The translations under genes and the position numbers were made by a program. From contig OZ316891.1 of assembly GCA_973895155.1 (NCBI GenBank), positions 7,433,808 through 7,497,807 on the forward strand: DNA of 64,000 nucleotides. The letters are read 5' to 3'. Every line of letters starts with the position of its first letter. Position 1 is the stretch's first letter. Source of the DNA: Marsupella aquatica. Lineage: Eukaryota; Plantae; Marchantiophyta. Shown here one piece after another: positions 33,451-45,800 of this stretch. The notes under the pieces were generated by a model. The model searched no databases. It was given only the letters and a program-made list of their open reading frames with translations, and had not been told where the DNA came from.

Positions 33451-36400
33451 CATTCATCCAGCATCAGGAGTTCCAGCCCTACCACTCCATGGTGCTGCTA
33501 CATGGCATCCAGACCACGTGCACTTACCTCTATTCAACACTCACCGCTTCAGTCCAAGTGTTGGGGGGGGAGGAGGTCCCTTGTAACGTGGCTGATATTA
33601 TTTCTGAGTTTCATGGTGTGGATCAGACCAGAGCAACAGATACAACAGGCCTTGGAGAGGCCTCATCACCTTATCAGCAGCATGCTAGCAGCTTGGACAG
33701 TGGAGAGGCTAGCACTTCTGGCTCTTCAAGCACGAGTACATCAGGTCCTATTCCTAGTGTTGCCAACTACACATTCATCATGGGCAACCACCTGAGTAAA
33801 AGACAGAAGGACCAGCTGCTGAATTTTCTCCTCAAGCATGAGAACGTGTTTGCTTTCTCTATGAAGGACTTGGGTAAGTGCAAGACCATGCAGTTCTCCA
33901 TTGAGTTGGCTGATGAAACACCTATCTTCAGGCGGAGACATCGTTTGAGTAAGCATGAGTGGCAGCTGGTGGATGAGAGGTGCCAAGAGTTATATGAAGC
34001 TGGTCTTATTTAGCCATCTACATCAGATTTTGCAGCAGCTACAGTGATGCCAGCAAAGAAGGATTCCAGTGGATTGTGGACAGAGAAGCGCATGTGTGGG
34101 GACTACAGGCCACTGAACCTGGTCACACCCCAGGACAGGTACCCCATGCCACGGCCAGAGGAGCTATTTGACAGCATTGGAGACTTAGACATCTTCACTC
34201 TTGTGGATCTAAGGCAAGGCTTTAACCAGATTTTGCTGCTTGTAAAGGACCGCAAGAAAACAACTTTCCATGGTAGTAACCAACTATGGGAGTGGTTGGT
34301 GATGCCATTTGGCTTGAAGAATGCGCCCATATTCTTTCAAAGAGTCATGGACCAGGTTCTTCAAGGTGCTGAGTTTCTGAAATGCTACATTGATGATGTG
34401 TTGGTCCACAACAAAGGATTTGACCAGCATCTACTTGACCTTGAGGAGCTATTCATGAGGCTTAAGAAGGTGAACCTAAAGATACACCCCAAGAAGTGTG
34501 AATTTGCTGTCAGATCAGTAGTATACCTTGGGCACCGCATTCTTCCAAATGGAACCATGGCGCACTGGGCCAAGGTGGTATCCATCTTGGAAATGCCCAC
34601 TCCTAACGATGTTCACACTTTGAGGAGTTTTATTGGGTTGTGCAATTACTACCGGATCTACATCAAAGATTTCAGCACTATTGCACACCCATTGTATGCT
34701 TTGTTGAAAAAGAATGTGACTTGGACATGGAGTATAGATGCTGAGGCAGCATTTGCCACTTTGAAGGAGAAGCTCTCAGAATACCCGGTGCTGAGAAGAC
34801 CTGATTTCAGCAAGGTCTTTGTGCTACACACAGATTGGAGTGCCCTTGGGATTGGTGCCATTCTGGGCCAGCATGATGAGGAAGGTAAAGAGTACGTCAT
34901 TGCCTATGCATCCAGGAGCAACAATTAGGCAGAGAGTCATTATTCTTCGTATGAGGGTGAATGCCTTACTGTTGTGTGGGCTGTCATACATTATAGGCCC
35001 TACCTTTATGGGACCAGGTTTGTCCTCTACATCGACCACCAGCCCTTGATGTGGTTGATGACCAACGACAAGCTTACTGGCAAGCTTGCTCGTTGGGCGC
35101 TCATACTCCAGGAGTATGATTTTGAGGTAATTCATAGGCCTGGTGTGACACATCAAAATGCTGACACTATGTCCCGCAGCCCTTTGATTGCCTCTGATGA
35201 TTCCTCAAATGCACGGCAGGATTTTGACCAGGTTTCCATCCTGCCTACATTTCATGCATCTACCTATCTTGCTTTGCTGCCATGCTATGTTGTTGACCAA
35301 CTTGTGGTGGACATATGGGAGGACAGCGACACTCTGAGATTTCTGCAGCATGGGGAGTACCCCACCCATGTTACTACTGCCCAGAGAGACCGAATTTAGC
35401 AAAGGTCCAAGCGCTACTTGTGGAAGGGAGATCATCTTGTGCGCTGCTTGCCAGACAGGGAAGTGGTGGTTCCACCCATTCATGAGAGGGTTGGCCTTAT
35501 CCGTAAGGTACATTCTGAGCTTGGTCATTTTGGTGTTAAGAGGACTTATAGCCTCTTGGTCCCCCATTATCATTGGCGAGGCATGCATGGCCAGGTTCGA
35601 GATGTTATTGCCCGGTGTGAGCAGTGTGATAGAGTAAGGACTTCTTTCACATCTCGGCAACCCACACTTCATCCACTCCCTATTCAGGGCATGTTTTATC
35701 GTTGGTCATGTGATTTGGCTGGAGAATTACCCCTCACATCTCGGGGTAATCTCTACATCATGAACATGATAGAGCATTTCTCCAAGTGGATAGAACTTGT
35801 GGCATTGCCAGATAAGACCTCCCGTAGCACCAGCCAGGCATTCCTGCAACAAGTTCTCAGCCGTTTTGGAGCTTGTGCAGAATGTCTCACTGACTAGGGC
35901 TCAGAGTTTAGAGGAGAGTTCCAGGAGCTGCTTGATCAGGCCCTCATTGATCATCGTCGGACATCACGAGATCACCCACAGGCAGATGGCTTGGCAGAGC
36001 GCATGGTTCAGACATGCAAGAAGGGCCTCCGGAAGATCTGCCTCACCAGAAACAAGGAGGATTGGGACCTGGCCTTAGTTACCCTATATTGCCATGGGGT
36101 ATAGGATGTCCAGACATGCATCACTGTCTAACTTTTCTCCCTACTTCCTGTTGTTTGGTCGTCACCTAGTTCCACCTTCTGCTATTGCTGCTCACATGCT
36201 TCAGGTGGTGGACTTGGATTCAGCTGTGACTTGGTCTGATGTGATCTCTGAAAGGGCTGCCCTATTCAGGAGGGTTATGCCCATGGCCATGGAGAATTTG
36301 GCCATTGCACAACACAAGGACACACTGTGTTATGCACACACACGAGGGGGCACTTTTCAGCCCAAGGTCAGGAAGTTTGATGTGGGAGATTTTGTGTACT

Positions 36401-36609
36401 TGCAGCGGCAAGCTAACGACACCCTGGACACCTCTACCAGTCGTACTATTCTCAGGGTTAAAGCTATTCGACCGTCTGGAGTGCTAGAGTTACAAGGGGC
36501 AGATGGGCGCATAATTGCTGACAATGCCAAGAACTGTGCCCCTTGTCATCTACCTAACCTGGATCCCACCATTGTGACTTCTACTTGGATTCCACCTATG
36601 GACTACCCT

Positions 36610-36744
36610 TGCAAAGTGTGTTTGCGAATTGATGATGCTGACCAGATGCTGCTGTGTGACAATTGCAATGGAGGGTACCATCTTTTCTGCCTTTGGCCTG
36701 AACTTACCCAGGTGCCAGAAGGGTTATGGTTTTGCCCTTCCTGT
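36610..36744 (+). other. PHD finger (C4HC3) at the integrase C-terminus
   Basis: CKVC...MLLCDNCNGGYHLFCL.P.L..VPEGLWFCPSC. Confidence 0.92.
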
Positions 36745-37103
36745 GCTCCACGTGCTACCTGAATTTTCTTCAGTCCTCCTTTTGGCTGTGGTCTGGGGGG
36801 GATACAGAGGTTTACACCTCCACTACGTACATACCACTTCATTTGCTTTTTCTTGGCACTTGTGAATGTGATTGGAATTTTTCTATGCATGTTGGTTGCT
36901 AGCAGCTTGAACAAATGCCTTGCCGGTGACTTGTATGTTTTCGATACACTATGGCTACGATACTATATGTCACGACACAACGCACAACTCTGGCCAGTTT
37001 GCTTTAATTGCTGCCCGACAGCATTTTGTTACTGAGTAAAGACAAACTTTCAGCTTGCGATTGGGCATTGGCTGATTGAGCACTGCTTGAACAATCAGGT
37101 AAA

Positions 37104-37390
37104 GATTGGAGCGGTTATAGACGATTGGAGCTCACAATTCAGCTGATTGGAGCTGACAATTTCAGACTATTGGAGCTGACAATTTCAGGATATTGGAGCC
37201 TCACAATTTCTGTTGAAAGTGAACATGCTCTTTAATAGGAGTCTGTGACAATGAGTCATTGGGCTGCAAGGGCCATCATAACCCAGACTGGCAACCAAGG
37301 ATCAATAATCCACAAAGGGCTAATCTAAATCTTATGTGGAGATCAACGATCCCACTAAGGGCTAATCTAAATTTAAGGTGGAGATCAATC
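37104..37390. repeat. Short tandem repeats: ~23-bp ATTGGAGCTGACAATTTCAG units and a ~41-bp duplicate
   Basis: Read directly; possibly part of the 3' LTR of the DNMT-Gypsy. Confidence 0.6.
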
Positions 37391-37633
37391 TTTACAGTAG
37401 CAAGATAACGCAACACGAGTGGATTCCGGAATGAATTTTGGTAACGGTGAGACTAAGGTCCACTACTATCTGTACATTTTAAAGTGGAGCACAGTTTGTA
37501 TGACAGTTTTCTACAATTTTGGCTGCCTGGTTGGAGCTCACAATTTCAGCTTACGATTGGTAAGAGAGTGGTAAAATGCATCCAAAAAATGCATAACTAG
37601 TGGGCTAATTTGCTTTGCTGTCCGACAACATTA

Positions 37634-37989
37634 TGTTAGACTCACTCAGGTCACAATTTGAGGATTGGATGGATCCCTACAAAATTTGAGGTACTCACAT
37701 CCACAATCTCTACAAGAAACTGTTAGCTCAGACTAGACAACAAATGCAAAACACGAGTAAGAGCATACTCAATTAGATGTTACACCAACAAGACACCACA
37801 AGTGGACAAATTTCTAAAGGATCCATAGCATATGAGAGTTCATGTGAAGAAGAGGCCAGGTGAGATGTGTGGGCCAAAACTAAATGTATCTTATCCTAAT
37901 GTAGTCAAAGGTAAATTTAATAATCAAAGGTAAACTAATAAAGGGTAAAGTCGGGAACTTGAGTCAATTCTTAACAATCTTCACCTTGA
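37634..37989 (-). mobile_element. Copia-type 3' LTR remnant with PPT
   Basis: TGTTAG...TTAACA (37634-37976). On the minus strand it is preceded by TCAAGGTGAAGAT, similar to the PPT TCAAGGGGAAGAT at 47323-47335. Confidence 0.6.
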
Positions 37990-39340
37990 AATACATTGTT
38001 AACTTGGAGTATATTTTGGGGCAGCATATGTGATCATAGCCTAATATAAATACAATTAATTTATAAAAAAAATCCAAAAAATTATCTATTTTTAATATAA
38101 ATGATTAATTTTATTTTGCAATAAGTATATTTTAGAGAATATTTACAGACCCCACTAAAGGTCCCTTCCAAAATTCAAGACTCCATAACATGCCATGTCA
38201 TCATGATGCACTGCAAATAGGTACGGATTGGTTTACAAAATAAAATTACTTCAACAGTCGTGTTTGTGGCAGGATTTTGGTAAAATTGAGAACGCCATGC
38301 CGTAAACCTTGATGTAAAAATGTTTCAAAAATAACCGCTTTATTTACCTTGAGTTGTAGCAAGGTGATAAAGAGATAAATGACTATTTACTCCTTAACAA
38401 CTCGATTTTGTTCCGGTTAGGAGTGGATAAGATCAAAAAGACCTAATTAACAAGATTTGAGAAGTTTACACCAACATTCTTAGGTTGGAGAGATTTCTAA
38501 TGATCTCCTTAACATAAGTGTTTAACCACAAACTCAAGTGGGTAATCCTTAGGATTCACGGTGCAATAATAAAGACTAGAATTAACAAAGATTGAAACTA
38601 GAGAGAGAGTAGATAAGAGTTTTCAAAGTGCAAGGGAATTGAATTTCTGACCATCACCACTCATTCAATAAGGATTATGGCCTAATTTAAGATTCAGAAA
38701 TCAACATTTTCTATGCTTTTTGATTTCTCGTAGCAACTCTTCTCCATCTATTGAATTTAGAAGATATGAACGTAAATCAACCCGAGACACTTTTCTGGTC
38801 CTGTTGAGGACGGTACTAGGATACTCGAATTGGCTTACTTCTCCTACAATCCTTAAGATTGCTTGGTTGAGTTTTGTGCAAATGTCAATTTTCTCTTTGG
38901 TGAATCTTCCAAATGTATTGGTCACAAATCTCATTGATCTTCCAATATCATTATAGGCACACTCTAGCATTCATTGAACATTTCACAACAACTCAAGGGT
39001 TGCTAAACTTCTTCCTTTTACTCAACCATGGTAAAAAGAAGGGAAGAAAAGACATAGATTTCTCCAAAATCAAAATGGGGAAATCAAATGCATCTCTCTC
39101 TTCCGTTGACTTTGGGTTCTCCTCCTTTTGTACTAAAAGTGGAGATTATGAAAAGACATGTCTTTTCAAAACCCAAGTCTAAAGAAGTAGGTAAATAAAA
39201 GTAAACTATCCTAGTCAAAAATGGAGTAGAGACTACAATGGATATATCAACAAAATGCTGGAGTCTATTTACTCATATACTAATCTATATAGCTATTTCT
39301 AGGTCTAAACTAATGTGGCTCTAACTCTCTAAATATAGTT

Positions 39341-41173
39341 CTATTCAGGTCCTATCTTCTGGGAAGGATCCTCCTCAGGGTTGGCCATGGCAAGGGGTTC
39401 TGGCCGAAGGTAAACTCCCTGCTGGCCAGTGGTAAAAGGGATGGACGGGTCAATATCCATGTTCTCCTGATGGGCACTTGGGTCATGAGAATAGGTGTAA
39501 GAATGGGAGTGGAAGTGTGTACTGGGAGTGGGGAAACCAGGAGGGTTGAGGGGTGATGAGGGGCCAGTGGAATAGACTCCTTCATGAGGACGAGGAGAGA
39601 AAGATCTGGTAGTAAATGGAGGAATCTCAGTATCAGCTAATAGCTCCTCAATAGTCAAGTCACTCATCTCCCTTAAGGCTTCACAGGTCTTTGAGAGGCC
39701 TGTAAGTGCATCATCCACCTTGGTACTCACATCTACCACTAAATGGTTAATCTTGGAGAAAAGGATGGGTGTGGTGTTCTTGGCCAAATACTCATCATAA
39801 ATTTGGGCCTTAAGAAGATCCAGAGAAGCTATCTTAGTCAAAGGCTCAATCAGATCCAAAGATTGAGTGATACTGAGTTGGAGAGTATGCTCAAGCTCAT
39901 TCTTCTTCTTACTCCTTTCCAACTGCTGTTTGAGTTCAGATACCTTCTTCTTGAGGAACTCATTCTCCTTCTCCAACTTCTTCTTATCTGTGGCATCACT
40001 CATGGTGGAGATCTTCTCAAGAATCTGCCCTGGTTTCACTCCTAGCTTCTGCGAAATGTCGGTGATGACCTTCTCCATCACAGTGGTCTTCCTCTTCACC
40101 TTCTGGAATGTGTCTGAGATGATCTGGAAATCAGCTAAGGTGTCTTGGGAGGCATGGCCGGGTGCATCCGGAAATTCAGCCGGGTCGACGAAGGCCGGGT
40201 CGGAAAAGTCCGGGTCGAGGTTCCGGGCAGTAGACCGGGTCTTTCGAGGATTTGTCTCTGCTGGTTCCTCATCCTCACTGTCATCAGAGGTGGCCTGGGT
40301 GATATCTGGATCTGTCTCTCCATACTTGATGAAGTTGTACTTGGCCAATAGTAATTTCTTCTCCTCTCTGAACAAAACTCCTTCAAAGCTATATAGATGT
40401 ACCAGGTAGCAGGAGAGGGGAGTAGGACTCTTGTTGGATAGGTTCTATACCAACTTCCTTATCAAATCAAAGATAAGCTTAGCCCAGTTGACTTTTCTTT
40501 CTCCCTTGTAAGCAGCAACAATGGTAGAGCCAACTCCAACAGTAACTCTTCTCGGCTTCTCAGGGTACACCAGGGGTAGCAGAAAGCTGAAGACTCGTCT
40601 CAGATCAGGATCCAAACACTTAGAAACATTGAACCCGTCCTTACTGTTGATGGCTCCTTTGAAGTAAGAAAGGATTAGATTGACAGCTCTTCCCACTGGA
40701 CCTTCTCCTTCATCTTCCAATACAAAAGCTTCTACAATCATCATCTGAGTCCATCGCTCAGGTCAGCCTCTGGAGGTATCCTTAAACTCAGCCGGACACT
40801 CCTTGGATCGGATCTCTCTGATCATATCTTCGCTCTGATAACTCCAGGGTAGCTCCATCAGAGACTCATAGCCCATCCTGAGCAAAGACTCCCTCAGTTT
40901 GACCTTCTCAGCTTCACTGTCCGGAATAGTTGGCCTCAGAATTTTCATGGCAATAGGGACCTCCTTTCTCTTCGATCGTCTCATAGGGGCTTTAACCGAA
41001 GTAGGTGCAGGTGATGTTGAGGTTGAATGCCCCTTAGAGACGCGAGAAGTGGACATTCCGGCTGGATCCGTCCCTTGCTCCATAGGACTTATCGAAGCAG
41101 CAAATGGATTCCCAATAAATGGCTTGCCTCCTCGTCGGTGAGCTCTACAATGCTGCGACTTCAGAATGGTCAA
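39341..41173 (-). pseudogene. Retrotransposon accessory ORF (~610 codons): TE-associated domain, acidic linker and coiled coil
   Basis: ORFs 40763-41173, 40445-40744 and 39341-40375 share one frame, separated by single TGA and TAG stops. Homologous to 5896-6678. Confidence 0.75.
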
Positions 41174-42831
41174 TCGCTTCGGTGTCGACCAATGGTAGAA
41201 ATGTCCGGGTCGACTTGGCTACGGCGTTTCTGATCAACTGACAAGCGCTTCTGGAAACGTTGATCAAGATCCCGTCAATCAGAATTCAGGTGCATCGAAC
41301 GTGGGGCAAAGATAGACTCAAACGGGCCTGCAATGTGGATGTCCGGATCGACCTGGCCTTCCTTGTCATCACCGATGTATGCACGATCAGAATCTCAAAC
41401 TTCCTGCCTTCACTCCCAGCGGCGGAGTTGGCATTCCCCTCACAACGAATCAGTCAGTACCCTCATATCCAGGCTCTCATCAAGAAATTCAAGATTAGTC
41501 CTATAATCCGGACCCAAGATCCTCTACCAAAAGGGTAGAGCCTCCTCACTCTACTGCTTTAATAGCCTAATGCGCTCGGAAACTCAAAACCTACTAAGTT
41601 CGGCTTTGAGAGGTGTGAGAGGCCGGATCGACTCTCCTTCCTTATATCCAGATTCTGCTGTGGTTGTGCCCGTGTTTGACTTATGGTTTTAAAAACTTTG
41701 GCAATGGACAGCTGTTGTTGAGTAGAAACGGGATTTCATGACAATTTTTCCAGTGTTGAGTGTCGGTGGATTTCCCAGAGTTCCGTCGCATGAAACTTGG
41801 AGTTTATGGGCTCAACGGATAGATCAGGGCAAGAGCTTTCTAAAGGTGTGAAGAAATCACTGAACGGAGCTCGTGGTGCAGAGAGATCTAAGTTTTTGTC
41901 GTTCTGGATTTTGTGAAGAAAGTTGGCAATCGACTCGGAGGGAGAAGCGTCAAGTGTTTTGACTCAACGGAGAGATTGAGGCAAGACGATTATTTTGAGT
42001 CCGGGATTGGCTCTTTGATGCAAAGAGGAAGGCTAAGCAAAATCAATTACCTTGTTGGACTTGGTGACGGCACCAAGTGCAATTGATCAACATTCATTGT
42101 TGACAAGGTACCATTTTTTTCTCTTTGAAAAACTGATTCGAAATTGGCTATGGCAATTGAGAGAAATCTGTCATCTTTACCAATTTTTTTCTCCCTCGTT
42201 CTTTCCTTGTTTTGGGTGCTTCTTATATCGATCTTCACCGCCTCGGAGTCTAGTTTCCAAATCTGAAATCGGATCTTGATTTCGTCAAAACCCGAGTGAG
42301 ATATCTTGCGTTTGGTGTCGAGGGGTACATTCTGCCGTGTGTATTTCTGCGCGCGCGACCAGATTTCGACGACGAAGGGTGGTAGGGGGTTTTGGGGGTT
42401 CGAGGACACGTGTCAGCCCCTCGATTGTTCTTCCAAAATTCCCACAGGGCCTGTACAAGGGTCATAGAATATTCCAAAAAACCAGAGAACTATTTTTTGA
42501 CCGTCTGACAAAGATTTCATCCGCCGAACGGTAACTTTTTTGGTTATTTTTTGGCGAGGTCGTAGCCATTGAAGTTGGCAACGCGGCGCACCAATCACAT
42601 CACAATTCCGACAACGGGTTGTACTTGGTATTTCGGTTATTCCCTGAGGTGGTCAAAACGGGGGAGTTTCCCAAGGTTTTACCCACCTCGATCAAAATTT
42701 GAATAACTTTTCCGTCAAATTTGATTTCGGTTTTCAGTATTGGACTCCTAGCTTTGTGGGCTATGCGGTGGTGTTGAGTTTCGAGTTTTTTGAGAAGTTG
42801 TGAAAAACAAAATTTTTTGTGATTTTCTCAT

Positions 42832-45800
42832 ATGAGTGATTCGGAGGAGTTTTTCGAAGACGTGGAACTTGAAGCACGAGGATCACCGTGGAGGTTTCAG
42901 GGGCAGAGAGAGGAGCAGGAAGAAGAGCACGTGACACCGATACCATCACCGGTGCGGCGTGTGGTGGAGGAAGCAGTACTACTACCGGAGCTCACGGTAG
43001 TGCCAAAGAAGAAGATGGGAACTTTCAAGCTTGGGGGACCCAAGTATGAAGTGACAAAGTATGATGGGCGCTCTGACTACTTGCTATGGGAGAAGCAGGT
43101 GAAGGGAGTGCTCTATGCGTCAGGGATGGGCCAACTGCTGAGCCCTCGTGAAGACGATGTTGATGAGAAACAATGAGACCGCATGCAGGAGCAGGGAGTG
43201 TGGTGTGTTACACTCTATCTCATGCCTCCCATCATCAAGCAGTTGGGTGCACATAAGGATTGCATGTCCTTGTTTGCGGAATTGCAGAGCAAGTATCACC
43301 GCAAAGAGTTGTCGAACCGGCTCTACACTTCCTACAAACTGATGAGTTTCAGGATGAAGGAATCCGGTATGAAGTTGCAAGACCATGTGGATGCTTTCAA
43401 CGACATGGTCGTTGACTTGGAAAACCTTGGGGAGACTTTGAATGATGAGACGAAGGCTCTACAGCTTCTTAGTTCATTGCCTCCATCTTACCAGTCCCTA
43501 TCACGAGTGTTGTTGCATCGTGATAGGGATACCATTTCATACAATGACGTGGTAAGTTCTCTGCTTAGTGATGATCTTCAGCAGAAGATGCACATCACGT
43601 CACAGCCTTCATCATCTGGTGCTGCCCTCAATGTTAACCGTGGGAGGAGTATGCAGCGACCAATTGGGGACCGTAGAACCCAGTTTAGATCTAAATCCAG
43701 ATCTACGTCCAAGGGTAAATCCCCTCAGAGGAGGCAGGTGACATGTTGGAAGTGCAACCAAGTTGGACACTTCAAGCGAGACTGTAAGGGAAAGGCAGCG
43801 GAAACTTCATCGGCAAATGTGGCTAGGGCTGATGGAGAAGCTGATTTACTCAATGACGAGTATGTTTTATGAAGCCGGGGGTATGCCCTGTGCACGTCAT
43901 CTAGGAGAGCAGATGATGTGTGGATTCTTGATTGTGCTTGCTCTTTTCATATTTGTTACATTCGTGAGTTTTTCAGTTCTTACTCTGTTTCAAACGGTTC
44001 AGTTCTGATGGGAAATGATCACTCTTGTCAAATTGAGGGAATTGGGTCTGTGAAGATTCAAATGTTTGATGGCACTGTGCGCACAGTGTCTGGAGTCAGG
44101 TATGTACCTGGCATGCGTAAGAATCTGATTTCACTCGGTGTGTTGGATTCAAATGGTCATCAATGGAGCGTTATTGATGGTGAACTTCAAGTCAGGTCGG
44201 GAGAGACAATGATTTTGAAGGGGAGTAGACAAAAGAATTTGTATGTGTTACAGGGCAATACTGTATGTGGAGAGGCCAATGTAACCAAGTCTCACGAGAA
44301 GATGACTCAACTGTGGCATTCACGGCTAGGCCACATGAGTGAGAAGGGTTTGGCTATCTTACGGAAGAATGGACTCATTTCTGATTTGTAATCTTGTAAA
44401 TTAGAGTTTTGTGAGCATTGCATTCTTGGAAAGCAGCATCGTCGTGCTTTTGATGTTGGAACTCATCGTTCCAAAGCGGTTCTTGAGTACATACATAGTG
44501 ACGTGTGGGGTCCATCCCCGACTCCCTCACACTCTGGAAAGTTGTACTATGTATCATTTATTGATGATTACTCAAGATTTGTGTGGATTTATTTCATGAC
44601 ACATAAGTCTGATGTCTTGTCCATTTTTAAGAAGTGGAAGGCCCAGGTGAAGAATCAGACTGGAAACACGATCAAGTGTTTGGATACAAGGATGAAGAGT
44701 CTGAGGTCAGACAACGGCGGGGAGTACACTTCAATGGAATTTGAAGAGTACTATTCAGAACAGTGGATAACTCGCCATCTCACCATAGTTTATACTCCGC
44801 AGCAGAATGGTGTCGCTGAGAGGCTCAATCAGACATTGTTGGAGCGGTCACGGAGTATGTTGAGCCAATCAGGTTTACCACAAGAATTTTGGGCAGAAGT
44901 TGTCAATACCGTAGCTTATTTGGTAAATCTTTCTCCTTCTAGTGCTATCAATTTCAAAACGCCGTTTGAGATGCGCTATAAGCGGCAAGCAGACTATCAT
45001 GGCTTGGTAGTTTTTGGAAGTGATGCATATGCTCTCACACCGAAGCAGAATAGGACCAAGTTGGATCATACCTCCAAGAAATGTGTTTTTCTTGGGTACC
45101 AGAGTGGTGTGAAAGCCTATAGGCTATGGGATCCTATTGCCTGTAAGCTCGTTGTCAGTAGGGATGTTTCCTTCAATGAATCCAGATTATTGAAGGAGGG
45201 GGAGAATACTCAGGTCTCCCGTACTGACAAAGGAAAATCTCCTATCCCGGATCTCGTTGAGGGGGAGATTGGTTATGAGGTGCATGACCGGAGAGAAGGA
45301 GTTGCTCCAATTATGGAACTGGTTCCTGTGCCAGAGGAACCAGAGGAGTTTGTTGATGTTGGTGAGCAGCAAGTGGATGCTGTTGAGCTTCAAATTGTAC
45401 CAGCACACGCAGATCAACCGGAGTCATCGGCTAGAAGAACATCTGGTCGCACTGTACGCGCTCCACCAAGGTATGGACAGTGGGTTGATTCATCTCAACT
45501 GCAAGAGGATGATTTTACAGCTGATGATGAGGATGATGCGTTAATTTTGGAAGAAGGGGAACCTTCTTCATTTCATGAGGCAAGTGCTTCAAAGGAGAAG
45601 CAGAAGTGGACTGTAGCAATGCAAACGGAGATGCAGTCACTAAAGGACAACAAAACTTGGGAGCTTGTTAAGCTGCCTAAGGGTCAGCAAGTGGTGGACA
45701 GCAAGTGGATTTACAAGCTGAAGGATAATTCCATAGGAGGTGGATCGAAGGTCTACAAGGCTAGGTTGGTAGCAAAGGGATTCACACAAGAGAAAGTTGT

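Larger units (their letters stand above)
29474..36762 (+). pseudogene. Gag-PR-DNMT-RT-RNaseH-INT-PHD polyprotein with frameshifts and stops
   Basis: Knuckles CNYCGNPNHKANEC and CVFCGKVGHLEAVC. Protease MLDTGA (~31829). RT: RMCGDYRPLN, MPFGLKNAP, YIDD. RNase H: HTDWS, YEGEC, IDH. Integrase: HSELGH..CEQC, DLAG, TD*GSEF, ADGLAER. Confidence 0.9.
29448..36802 (+). mobile_element. Internal region of a degenerate Ty3/Gypsy retrotransposon carrying a C5-DNA methyltransferase and a PHD finger
   Basis: ...TGTACA then a PBS-like TGGCACCCCAGG (29450-29461), order gag-PR-DNMT-RT-RH-INT-PHD, and a G-rich PPT-like tract at 36795-36802. A matching LTR pair was not identified. Confidence 0.85.

Noticed and set aside
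36803-37600. 3' LTR of the DNMT-Gypsy matching sequence upstream of 29447
   Set aside because: No direct-repeat partner or TSD was found by eye, so boundaries were left uncalled.
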